Shown in pieces: positions 20,087 to 29,700 of a stretch of 53,137 nucleotides of DNA (the first letter of the stretch is position 1; each line of letters opens with the position of its first letter). The notes beneath the pieces were generated by a model. It worked only from the letters and a program-made list of their open reading frames with translations. It did no database searches and was not told the origin of the DNA. The position numbers and the translations under genes were made by a program. Source of the stretch: a virus (lineage: Duplodnaviria > Caudoviricetes); the IMG/VR virus record IMGVR_UViG_3300011267_000017, positions 1 to 53,137 of that record; one strand, written 5' to 3'.

Positions 20087-20767
20087 ATGGGAACTGCAAT
20101 AATTACATCATCTATTGATTTTGGCGGAACTATTTTACAAGAAAAAAATGGACAATATAGTCGTACATTATCTATTGGAAACAATTATAATGTTATTCGA
20201 GCAGGAGCCTTGGTTTCATTTGATAATAGTGGGGGTAATTTTAGCGAATATCTAATATTTGGAATTATAAATTCTGGAGATAATCTTGTAGCTGGAACTC
20301 CATTATCCCATACTAGATATTTTTATTCAGGAAATACCTATTTGTATGCCGGAGGATCATTACCTAGTTATTCGGCAAATAATATGGGAATGGGAAGTCA
20401 TAGAAATGGAACATTTACATTAGGAGGCTTATTTAATATGCCTAGCAATTTTGGAATTCCTACTATAGATGGAACTATAAAAAGACGGGGATTAATTGGA
20501 TTTCAATTTGATAAAACTACTGGGTCAAGATGGACAATGGATGGATTTATGGGAGACAAATATCTTGATTATAATTATACAGATTTACAAACCTTTTTAA
20601 ATTATGGTTCTTGTATAGGAAAGCCCGTTTATAAGGGGAATTCTCAACCTGCATGGACCACAAATACGAATGAAACTACAGGAAAATTGGACACTATAGC
20701 TATACACTGGGCAAATACAACATATGGCTTATATTTATACGCAATGGGTGTATCAACACTCTCGTAA
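20087..20767 (+). CDS. Putative virion beta-sandwich protein, paralog A
   Basis: Aligns by eye over its full length with the next ORF; start 20087 is 1 nt after the upstream stop. Confidence 0.7.
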   Translation: MGTAIITSSIDFGGTILQEKNGQYSRTLSIGNNYNVIRAGALVSFDNSGGNFSEYLIFGIINSGDNLVAGTPLSHTRYFYSGNTYLYAGGSLPSYSANNMGMGSHRNGTFTLGGLFNMPSNFGIPTIDGTIKRRGLIGFQFDKTTGSRWTMDGFMGDKYLDYNYTDLQTFLNYGSCIGKPVYKGNSQPAWTTNTNETTGKLDTIAIHWANTTYGLYLYAMGVSTLS

Positions 20768-20770
20768 TAT

Positions 20771-21466
20771 ATGGCTGCTATTATATCAACAGGTTCTTTG
20801 AATTTGAGTGGGTCTAATTGTATGAGATTGACCGAGGACACTTTGTCCAGACGAATGGAAATTGGAAACAATTGGAATGTATTACGTATCGGAGCATTAG
20901 TTTCTATAGAACCAAGAAGTGGAAGTACTGATTTAACCTCTGGAGAAGAAACTCAATTGGGAGTAACTTACATAGCAGACAATTTGTTGTCTCACTCAAT
21001 AGTAGTTTTATTTGGTAATGGATCTACATTTTATAGTGGAAGTTATCCTAGAATGTCTGGTGGACAAATGGATATTGAGTTTAAACACAGTGGTTCATTA
21101 TCTGTTTATAATTTATCTGGACAATTCACTAATGGGTATGGAATTCCTGTGTTAACAGGTTCTATTGGAAGGCGAGGATTTCTCGGCCTAACCGTTGATA
21201 AACATAATGATCCGGGAATTTATTCAGCTAGTATTACGTTTGGGACGGCATCTGTAGATTACAATTTAAATGATTTACATGAATGGCTTTTAACTGGAGC
21301 AGTATCTGGTAATGGAAGAAATATTTTGACTAGTACGTATCAAACATTTAATGCAACTGAAACCAGTGGAGCACTAAATACAATCCTAGCATATCAACAT
21401 AATTTTAATTCGACCGTTGGATGGACAACACAATGGTATTCCATTGGTGCATTAAAAATATCATAA
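20771..21466 (+). CDS. Putative virion beta-sandwich protein, paralog B
   Basis: SRRMEIGNNWNVLRIGALVS vs SRTLSIGNNYNVIRAGALVS; GIP.....RRG..G...DK; DYN..DL...L..G are shared with paralog A. Confidence 0.75.
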   Translation: MAAIISTGSLNLSGSNCMRLTEDTLSRRMEIGNNWNVLRIGALVSIEPRSGSTDLTSGEETQLGVTYIADNLLSHSIVVLFGNGSTFYSGSYPRMSGGQMDIEFKHSGSLSVYNLSGQFTNGYGIPVLTGSIGRRGFLGLTVDKHNDPGIYSASITFGTASVDYNLNDLHEWLLTGAVSGNGRNILTSTYQTFNATETSGALNTILAYQHNFNSTVGWTTQWYSIGALKIS

Positions 21467-21473
21467 TCACATT

Positions 21474-23894
21474 ATGTTTTTAACAATTAAAAATGAAAAT
21501 TATGGATACGCAGTAGCAACGTATGGCGACTATGTATGCGTGTCAAATCCCACGTTTATAAGATATTCTTTAGCAACATCCAGTGTAGTAAGAACTGGTT
21601 CTGTAGATTTTTATAGATATAATAAGAATACTGACGAGCATGATTTAATTGGAACTCTTCAATTTGTTTCTCCGGTATTGAATATTTTGTTAGCAGGCCA
21701 AACTGGTTCAATTCCATCTCAAAAATCACCATTACATACTGAAATAAACAATACGGGGTTAACTCAAAATAAAGATATTGAAATTGATAAAAATAATTAT
21801 ACATCGTCACTTGAAAATGGATTTGGCATATCATTAGACATGTACGATAAATTATTAATTGCTGGATCTCCATATTATACTCAGAACGTAAATACTAGTG
21901 CCAGCAGTTTTACTACTTCGGGTTCATTAGTAAATGTATTCGATTTAGGATTAAGTGAATTAATTTCATATACAACTCAAAGCGATGCATATGTTTATTC
22001 TTTAGAAAATCCGGACGAAAATGTAACAGAGTCATTTGGAAGGTCTGTTTCTATAAATAGTTCTTGGATTGCAATAGGTTCACCATATGTTAGCAGTTCA
22101 AATGGGATGGTATATTTGTTTAGAAACACATCAACTGGAAGCAATTATAATTGGGAATTATTTCAAAAATTACAAGCATCTGGGTCATCTATAACAGGTT
22201 CTATGTTTGGATGGAGTTTAAAATTAAATAAACAAAGTGGATCATTTAGTGGAAGTTTAGTTGTTGGTTGTGGAAATCCAATTGCAGGCGAAGCTTTTTA
22301 TTTTGAATTGATCAGTGGTAGTTGGATACAAACATATAAATTTACTGCTGACAGACAAACAAAATATCCATTAACATTTGGAAATTTTGATCCATACGAG
22401 GCAATAATGAACATAACCAATGGTTATGGGTATTCGGTTTCCACATTTGGAACAACGGTGGTTGTTGGAGAATATTTAGATAGATCTGTATATGAATTCA
22501 GTGGTTCATCTTTGTACCAACAAGGCTCGGTTTCTATCTATGAAAAATGTTCGGGTAATACTACTAGGTTTTCATTAGCATTAAAATCGTATGGTTCATC
22601 ATCAATATTAAAAAATAATTGTCTGGGATACTCAGTAGATGTCTATGCAAATAATGTAATTGCCGGAATACCAAAAACAGATCATTTATCCATGACATCC
22701 TGTTATATTGGAGGGACTTTATCACAATTACATAATTGCCCTGATACGTTAGATACAACAGTATTAGGTCAAGTAGTATTATATCAAAAAAATACTGGTT
22801 CTGGAAATTGGGAATTGATTAATATCTATCAAAAAAAGAAAAAATTTCTAAACACCTATAAAGCCTTTGGTAATTCCGTTGCAATTAATGGAAGATCCAT
22901 GGTCGTTGGAGCACCAATGCTGTTATCAGATAATAATAGGGAGATTAATCTGACTGTAACGGAAAGTAATGGAGTTTCACTAGGAGATATTTCGGGAAAG
23001 TCATATATTTACAATCTTAACAATCTTCAACCAGAATTTCATGTTGGAAATGTTTTTTATAGAAATGGAAAAATAATTCTTATGACTTCAGGGTCAACAT
23101 TTGATGGATTATTTCTTAATCCATTTAATTCAAATACCTATCAATATGATTTAGAATTTAAGGGAAAACATACAATTTTTGAAAAACAAGTAATTTGTTC
23201 TGTTAATTCGGGTGAATTTAATGTAAGTACAAATCCATCTGCTACAACAAAATTAACATCTTCATTGGACATCAATAAAAATGGCTCGTTTGACTTTCAA
23301 GACATAGATGTAATATTGCGTTATATGCAATATAAGAATACATCCTTGCTTGGGTTAACTGTTTCTACTGATTGGAGTTCTTCTATTGTAACCACAGATG
23401 ATGAAAAAAATGTATTAAACTATTATCAATCAAATCCTGCTTACGACATTAATCATACATCTCAAGTAACAAGTGAAAGCATTGTAAGATGGGAAACTAC
23501 AGATACATGGGTTCAAGACATGTTGGATTTAAATCAAGATAATAAAATTGATACTCGGGATATGAGTATTATTTGGAAGTACTTTACAAATAGATTGACT
23601 CAAGAAAATTATAGCAAATTTATTACGCCCGCATGTCAACGAAAACTTTTTAGTGATATTATCGATCATTTAAATTATCTTAGTCAAAAGACAGCAAAAC
23701 CTCAAATTAACAGTCAGTTTTTGAATTATGAACGTTTAACTTCAAATGATAAAACTGGGTCGTATTTGACTCCAATGGTAACAACTATTGGACTATATAG
23801 TGGATTAGATTTAGTAGCAGTAGCGAAGTTGGGAATGCCAATTAAAATAACTCCCGAACTTCCTATAAATTTTGTAGTTAAAATGGACTATTGA
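21474..23894 (+). CDS. Baseplate protein with FG-GAP propeller, dockerin/EF-hand-like motifs and a fibre-attachment C-terminus
   Basis: Repeats FGISL..LIAGSP, FGRSV..IAIGSP, FGNSV..VVGAP; DINKNGSFDFQD and DLNQDNKIDTRD; C-terminus VTTIGLYSGLDLVAVAKL is paralogous to 16640..17776. Confidence 0.75.
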   Translation: MFLTIKNENYGYAVATYGDYVCVSNPTFIRYSLATSSVVRTGSVDFYRYNKNTDEHDLIGTLQFVSPVLNILLAGQTGSIPSQKSPLHTEINNTGLTQNKDIEIDKNNYTSSLENGFGISLDMYDKLLIAGSPYYTQNVNTSASSFTTSGSLVNVFDLGLSELISYTTQSDAYVYSLENPDENVTESFGRSVSINSSWIAIGSPYVSSSNGMVYLFRNTSTGSNYNWELFQKLQASGSSITGSMFGWSLKLNKQSGSFSGSLVVGCGNPIAGEAFYFELISGSWIQTYKFTADRQTKYPLTFGNFDPYEAIMNITNGYGYSVSTFGTTVVVGEYLDRSVYEFSGSSLYQQGSVSIYEKCSGNTTRFSLALKSYGSSSILKNNCLGYSVDVYANNVIAGIPKTDHLSMTSCYIGGTLSQLHNCPDTLDTTVLGQVVLYQKNTGSGNWELINIYQKKKKFLNTYKAFGNSVAINGRSMVVGAPMLLSDNNREINLTVTESNGVSLGDISGKSYIYNLNNLQPEFHVGNVFYRNGKIILMTSGSTFDGLFLNPFNSNTYQYDLEFKGKHTIFEKQVICSVNSGEFNVSTNPSATTKLTSSLDINKNGSFDFQDIDVILRYMQYKNTSLLGLTVSTDWSSSIVTTDDEKNVLNYYQSNPAYDINHTSQVTSESIVRWETTDTWVQDMLDLNQDNKIDTRDMSIIWKYFTNRLTQENYSKFITPACQRKLFSDIIDHLNYLSQKTAKPQINSQFLNYERLTSNDKTGSYLTPMVTTIGLYSGLDLVAVAKLGMPIKITPELPINFVVKMDY

Positions 23895-23924
23895 TTAATA
23901 TTTATAATAAACAACTGATAATAT

Positions 23925-24233
23925 ATGCCAACTCCAAATCAAAGACCATCGTTAACGACTAATCTTGAAAGCCGATATGCAACTCAACGTGCAGGAGGAG
24001 CTTTTGAGGTTAAACAACGTTTAAAAGCTCCCGGTAAGTCACCACAAACGGGAGATAGAATGCCAATTAATGGCAATGAACGATTGTATTCGGAAGATGA
24101 TTTCGCTGTTAAGCAACAATTAGGGGTTACTGAACTTTTAGATGCTAGAGAAGCAAATACCTCTAGTGCTCCAAAATCCAAGGAAATGTCGCTATATATT
24201 CGCGGATTTAACAATCAAAAGTATAAAGGTTAA
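23925..24233 (+). CDS. Hypothetical protein
   Basis: 102-aa ORF with TATTTATA at 23899-23906. Confidence 0.7.
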   Translation: MPTPNQRPSLTTNLESRYATQRAGGAFEVKQRLKAPGKSPQTGDRMPINGNERLYSEDDFAVKQQLGVTELLDAREANTSSAPKSKEMSLYIRGFNNQKYKG

Positions 24234-24256
24234 TTCTTAAAATATAAAAATCTACT

Positions 24257-24296
24257 ACATCCTTTCATTGTATATGTAACTACAATGAAAGGATGT
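24257..24296 (+). promoter_or_regulatory. Perfect 16-bp hairpin with a late motif (TATATGTA) at its loop and the resolvase initiation region in its 3' arm
   Basis: ACATCCTTTCATTGTA-TATGTAAC-TACAATGAAAGGATGT. Confidence 0.8.
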
Positions 24297-24802
24297 TTTC
24301 ATTTATGACTCTTGGTTTTGATGCAAGTACAACAACATGTGGGTGGGCGTTTTATAATGGAGTTGATATTTTAGATGCTGGATTTATTGACATTTCCAAG
24401 TATGATACAAATAAACAAAAGACAATTTGTGTTATAACAGCGATACAATCTAATCCTCATTTAGTAGAAACTACTAAAATTAATCTTGAAGCCGCCTTAT
24501 CAGGGTTTTTCCGAGGACGGACGAGTCAACAGACCATCATCAAGCTGGCACGGTTTAATGCAGTCTTTGAATATATCATCTCCGAAACATTAAAAATACC
24601 CGTTAATCTTGTTAGTGTAACAACAGCTCGCAAAAATGTTTTTGGAAAATGTAGAGTAAAGGGAACTGACCCAAAAGAATATGTAAAGCAACAATTATCA
24701 TTGAAATTGGACTTGACAAAATTTGATAAGTTGAATAAGATTGGTAATTGGGACCAACGAAATGCAGATATGTATGACGCAATGGTCATGGCGATGGCTT
24801 AA
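24293..24802 (+). CDS. RuvC-like Holliday junction resolvase
   Basis: LGFDASTTTCGWA, INLE, ARKNVFG..K, ADMYDA: RNase H-fold acidic residues. Start may be 24305. Confidence 0.8.
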   Translation: MFSFMTLGFDASTTTCGWAFYNGVDILDAGFIDISKYDTNKQKTICVITAIQSNPHLVETTKINLEAALSGFFRGRTSQQTIIKLARFNAVFEYIISETLKIPVNLVSVTTARKNVFGKCRVKGTDPKEYVKQQLSLKLDLTKFDKLNKIGNWDQRNADMYDAMVMAMA

Positions 24803-24805
24803 CCT

Positions 24806-25012
24806 ATGAAAGAGATAACAATTACATGTGACCGATGTGGAAAAGTAGTTCACGGAGGAATTGATGAAATCAACGGAATTACGGCGGGATTTTATGATGT
24901 TTCTAACGGATCGTGGTCACAATTCGCTCGTTGGGAAGAAGAACGTATTTGTGATGCATGTATGCATTCTGATCCTAAATATCATAGAATGTATAATATT
25001 GGAAATGAATGA
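24806..25012 (+). CDS. Small zinc-finger protein
   Basis: CDRCG...ICDAC (two CxxC pairs); coupled to both neighbours. Confidence 0.7.
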   Translation: MKEITITCDRCGKVVHGGIDEINGITAGFYDVSNGSWSQFARWEEERICDACMHSDPKYHRMYNIGNE

Positions 25013-25290
25013 AAGAGGGGTTTGTTTATATCATTTCAAATCCAGCCCATCCCGGATTTTTAAAAATTGGGGTTACTCAAGACATTAAATCACGCCTTCA
25101 TGTATATCAAACTTCGGACCCAAAACGCAAATACAAGGTAGAATATTATATTTTTCATCCAGATTGTTATCGAGCTGAAAAAGAAATTAAAGAAATGATG
25201 CATTATTTTGCTAAAAGCATACGTAATGAGTGGTATGAAGTAGATTTGGGAATTGCTAAAGTTCGTTTAGACGAAACACTTGAGCATTAA
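25009..25290 (+). CDS. GIY-YIG superfamily (T5orf172-like) protein
   Basis: GFVYIISNP..PGFLKIGVT..RL..YQT..P...E...H....NEWY. Confidence 0.8.
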   Translation: MKEGFVYIISNPAHPGFLKIGVTQDIKSRLHVYQTSDPKRKYKVEYYIFHPDCYRAEKEIKEMMHYFAKSIRNEWYEVDLGIAKVRLDETLEH

Positions 25291-25332
25291 AATAAGTTGA
25301 AATTTTGATTTTATAGAGTAATATGATAACAA

Positions 25333-26292
25333 ATGCTCGTACAGTCAGAACTCATAGGTATCTTCAATGAACTGTTAAATCAGACTGCAAAACTCCGAAA
25401 AGGAGGCATTCAAGCTACGTACCATTGTCCTTTTTGTGCCGACAAAAATTTAGCTACTCAAAAGTTGGAAATTGCTCTTTCCGGACCAAAAGTTGGAAAT
25501 TATCACTGTTGGAGATGTAACACTAAAGGACGTAGTTTTGGAAGTTTATTAAAACGACTTAATGCATCCCAACATTATAGAGATGCTATTTTTAAATTAA
25601 CAGGGGATATTAGAGCAATACGACAAAAACGAACAAATGACACTCATGAGTTTGTAAAATTGCCGGAAGAATTTCTACCACTTTCAAAACCAAATTCATC
25701 TGTAGAATATAAGAATGCATTAGCCTACTTAAAACGTAGAGGCATATTAAGAGAAGATATTTTGCGATACAATATTGGATATTGTGAGGAAGGGGACTAT
25801 GCATTTCATATCGTTATTCCTTCATATGACGCAGATGGAAAATTAAATTTTTATGTCGGTCGTAGATATTATGATACAGAAGGAGCAATACCACATAAAA
25901 AAGCAGAATTTCCGATGGATGAAATAATTGGATTTGAGAGCTTTATTAACTATGATTATCCAATTAGTTTATGTGAAGGTGCATTCGATGCAATTGCTAT
26001 TCGGAATAATGCAGTTCCTCTTTTTGGAAAATTTCCGTCAAAAAGACTAAGACAAAACTTAATAATTCATGGAGTTAAACGAGTTAATATGGTATTGGAT
26101 GATGATGCATTAAAAGATGCTATTAAAAATTATGAGTTATTAGTTAAAGATGTTCCCGGAATTACGGTTCATTTAGTAAAATTAAGTGGAAAAGACCCAT
26201 CAAAATTAGGATTTAAAAAGACTCATAAACTTATCCGCGAAGCTCCTGAATTTACTGAAACAGATTTATTTAGATACAAGTTACAAATATGA
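25333..26292 (+). CDS. DNA primase (Zn finger + TOPRIM)
   Basis: CPFC...HCWRC zinc finger, YLKRRGI, CEGAFDAIAI, LDDDA, KDP. Confidence 0.9.
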   Translation: MLVQSELIGIFNELLNQTAKLRKGGIQATYHCPFCADKNLATQKLEIALSGPKVGNYHCWRCNTKGRSFGSLLKRLNASQHYRDAIFKLTGDIRAIRQKRTNDTHEFVKLPEEFLPLSKPNSSVEYKNALAYLKRRGILREDILRYNIGYCEEGDYAFHIVIPSYDADGKLNFYVGRRYYDTEGAIPHKKAEFPMDEIIGFESFINYDYPISLCEGAFDAIAIRNNAVPLFGKFPSKRLRQNLIIHGVKRVNMVLDDDALKDAIKNYELLVKDVPGITVHLVKLSGKDPSKLGFKKTHKLIREAPEFTETDLFRYKLQI

Positions 26293-26606
26293 GTTATGTA
26301 ATTTCATGGTTGATTGTATCAGTAATGTTTTTTGCAATTGGAGAATATTTCTCCAAATCATGGGCGTTACAGCCTACAATTGAAAAAGCAATTGTATTGG
26401 TAATTATGTATGTTTTAGGTACCGTTGCATGGCTACCAGCTATATATCGAGGACAAATTATTTCAATTGTGGGTACAATTTGGTCCGTCATGTCATTATT
26501 AACTACATTGTTTGTTGGCATTGTAATATTTCATGAAACATTAACATTAAACCAATTGATAGGAATGATAATGGCATTCCTATCAATTATTTTATTAAGC
26601 ATATGA
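26289..26606 (+). CDS. SMR/DMT-family 4-TM small membrane transporter
   Basis: 105 aa, four hydrophobic helices, Glu in TM1 (FAIGEYFSK), GIVIFHETLT..QLIG motif. Confidence 0.7.
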   Translation: MSYVISWLIVSVMFFAIGEYFSKSWALQPTIEKAIVLVIMYVLGTVAWLPAIYRGQIISIVGTIWSVMSLLTTLFVGIVIFHETLTLNQLIGMIMAFLSIILLSI

Positions 26607-26743
26607 CCTCTGAAATTAAAGAACTATTATACGACATTCAAAATTGGATGATAGATAACGATTATGAATGTGGTAATGAAGGTAGTGAATTATACATCCG
26701 AATTGAAAAACTTTTATCCAACAACCCTGAACAACATGATTAA
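26603..26743 (+). CDS. Small hypothetical protein (46 aa), not in the ORF track
   Basis: MTSEIKELLYDIQNWMIDNDYECGNEGSELYIRIEKLLSNNPEQHD*; ATGA overlap upstream, overlaps ATG 26736 downstream. Confidence 0.55.
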   Translation: MTSEIKELLYDIQNWMIDNDYECGNEGSELYIRIEKLLSNNPEQHD

Positions 26744-29700
26744 TTTATTAAAATCTCCTATTCAAAAATACACACATGTCATTCAAATTGCGGATATTCA
26801 TATTCGTTTAAATAAACGTCATGACGAATATCGGGAAGTATTTAATGTACTTTATAGTAAGATAAAAACTACTCCGGAAACCACAGTCATCGCTTTGGTT
26901 GGAGATGTGTTTCATAGTAAATCCGATTTAAGTCCTGAATGTGTTCAAATGGCGACTGAATTCTTTAAAAATTTAGCAGATCTTCGTCCATTGGTTTTAG
27001 TAGCTGGAAATCATGATGCCACATTGTCAAATAAAAATAGATTGGATAGTTTAACTCCAATTGTAGATGCACTTAATCATTCTAATTTATTTTATTTGAA
27101 AACAAACGGACTTTATGGATTTGGAAATATTTTGTGGAATAATATGGGAGTATTTGATCCTCCGGAAAATTATATCAAAGGCCAAGATATTCCTGCACTT
27201 TATAGAAATCAATACGAACATGTTATTGCGTTATTTCATGGAGCTGTAGACAAGGCAGCATTAGAAACCGGATATGCTATTAGTAATCCAGCAATCATGA
27301 CACCTTTGTTTGATTGGCATGATATTGCAATGTTGGGGGATATTCATAAGACGCAAGATCTTCAAGAATATAATCCTGACCAAAATAAACCATGTGTGCA
27401 TTATGTAGGAAGTATGATCCAACAAAATCATGGTGAAGGACTTAAAGGGCATGGATATTCGATGTGGGATCTTAAAACTCGTTCATATCAATTTTATGAA
27501 TTAGAAAATGAATTTGGGTATTTTACTATTGATATTCATAAGGGTCAAGTTACTACCAATCTTTCGGATCTACCCAAGAAGGTTCATCTTAGATTGAAAT
27601 GTCACGAAACTATTGCTTCTGAAGTAAAAAGTATAATTGCTAAATTAAAAGAGCGAGTACAAATCATTGAAATTGCATATGTCCGAATGGATCAAGAAGC
27701 GGAGAAAAAAGACTTTATTCCCTTATGTAAAGATATTGTTTTAACAGATTTAAGTAATGTAGAATATCAAAATCGACTAGTTAAAGAGTTTCTTGAAAAG
27801 AAACTTAAGATTGTAGATACCGATAAAATCGAAGCTATTCTTAAAATCAATCGTAGTAATAATTTATTGATTAAACGAGACGAATTTGCACGTAATTTGA
27901 AATGGAAACCTATCCGATTTGAATGGGACAATATGTTTACATACGGTGAAGGTAATGTGATTGATTTCACATCTATGGATGGCGTATATGGTATTTTTGG
28001 TCCAAATAGAGCAGGAAAATCCAGTATTATTTCGGCTATCCTATTTTGCTTATTTGACAAATTTGATCGTGGGTCTAAGGGATTACATGTACGAAATGCA
28101 CAATCAACAACCTTCCGGTGTAAACTGGAGTTTGACATCGCTGGAACACGATATTTCATTGAAAGAAATGGGGAAACAACTCGTTCTGGAAATGTTAAAG
28201 TAGATGTATCATTTTGGAAAGAAGTCAATGGGATAAAAGAAGAATTAGATGGAACCGCTCGCCGAGATACAAATGACATCATTAGAGACTATATTGGAAA
28301 CTATGACGATTTTATTCTCACAGCAGCATCATTCCAAACAGCAAAAAACAACGTCTCATTTATTGACTTAGGAAATAGTGAACGAAAAGACCTATTGGTT
28401 CAATTCATCGGCCTCAATATTTTTGATCGTCTCCATGAGTCTGCCAACGAACGTAATAAAGAATTGAATACCATTTTGAAACTTCATAAGGATAAGAATT
28501 ATCCCCACGAAAAGTCTCAAAATGAAAGTGCTCTAGCTCATGCGAATACACTAATTGACGAAATCAATAAGCAAGTTGAAAGTCTTAAGAAGCAAATTGA
28601 GGATGTCAATGATCAGATTGTATTTGAAACATCCAATCTAATTAAACTGGAAGAGGATGTACCAACAAATGTTGAGCAACTTAATGACCGTAAAATATCT
28701 GTAGAAACTTCTGTTCGTCAGAAGAAAAATGCATTAGAAGATTTCCGAAAACTTCTTGTAGAGAAGGAAGCCGAAGTATTAGAAATTACAGCTAAAATTC
28801 AACAAATAGAAACTTCTAATCTTGTAGAGAGCCACAAGACTTATAAGACACTTACAGAAAAAATCAATGATTTAAAACAGAAAATCGATCTTAAAAAGAT
28901 TGAAGTAAAGGGGAAAATTGAAAAGGTAGAAAGACTTAAAACCTATGAATATGATCCAAATTGTAAGTATTGTATCAGCAATTCTTTTGTTCAAGATGCA
29001 ATGCAAGCAAAAACGGAATTAACTAAGGATAAAAAAGAAACCGACCACATGGTTAGAGCCTTAGAAAAATTGCGGGAAGAATATACTAATTATCAATGGG
29101 TTGAAAAGGCATACGAAACTTATACCAAATTATTAAATGAACGTAGTAAAGTAAAGGATGAATGTGGAGTCTTGTCACGTAATATTATCGTTGCTACAAA
29201 TGATTTGGAGAAACTGGAAACCAATTTGAAAATAGTTACACATCAAATTGAATTGTATCATAGAAATGAGGTTTCTGTAGAAAATAATGCCAAGGTTCAA
29301 GCCAAAATATCTGCCTATAAAAACACTTTGACACGATTAGATGTTGACTTGCAAAAACAAAATAGACAATTAATAGAACTGTCTGGAAAGAGGGAATTGT
29401 TTAAGAGCAATATTGATAAATTGACAATAACTATGAAAGAAATCCAAGAGTTGGAATATGAGTTTGACTCGTATCAATTTTATCTTTCATCGGTTGGGAG
29501 AGATGGTATTCCCTACCAAGTTATCTGTAACACAGTTCCGGAAATTGAAAAAGAAGTCAACTCTATCCTTTCTCAGGTGGTTGATTATACCATTCAATTC
29601 GAGACTGATGGAAAGAATGTTGTCCCCTATGTTGTTTATGATTACGGTAGATGGCCAATCGAACTTACTTCTGGATTTGAACGATTTGTCGCATCGGTTG

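Noticed and set aside
20087-21466. Diversity-generating retroelement template/variable repeat pair
   Set aside because: The similarity is protein-level and highly diverged, with no near-identical adenine-mismatched DNA repeat and no reverse transcriptase in the window.
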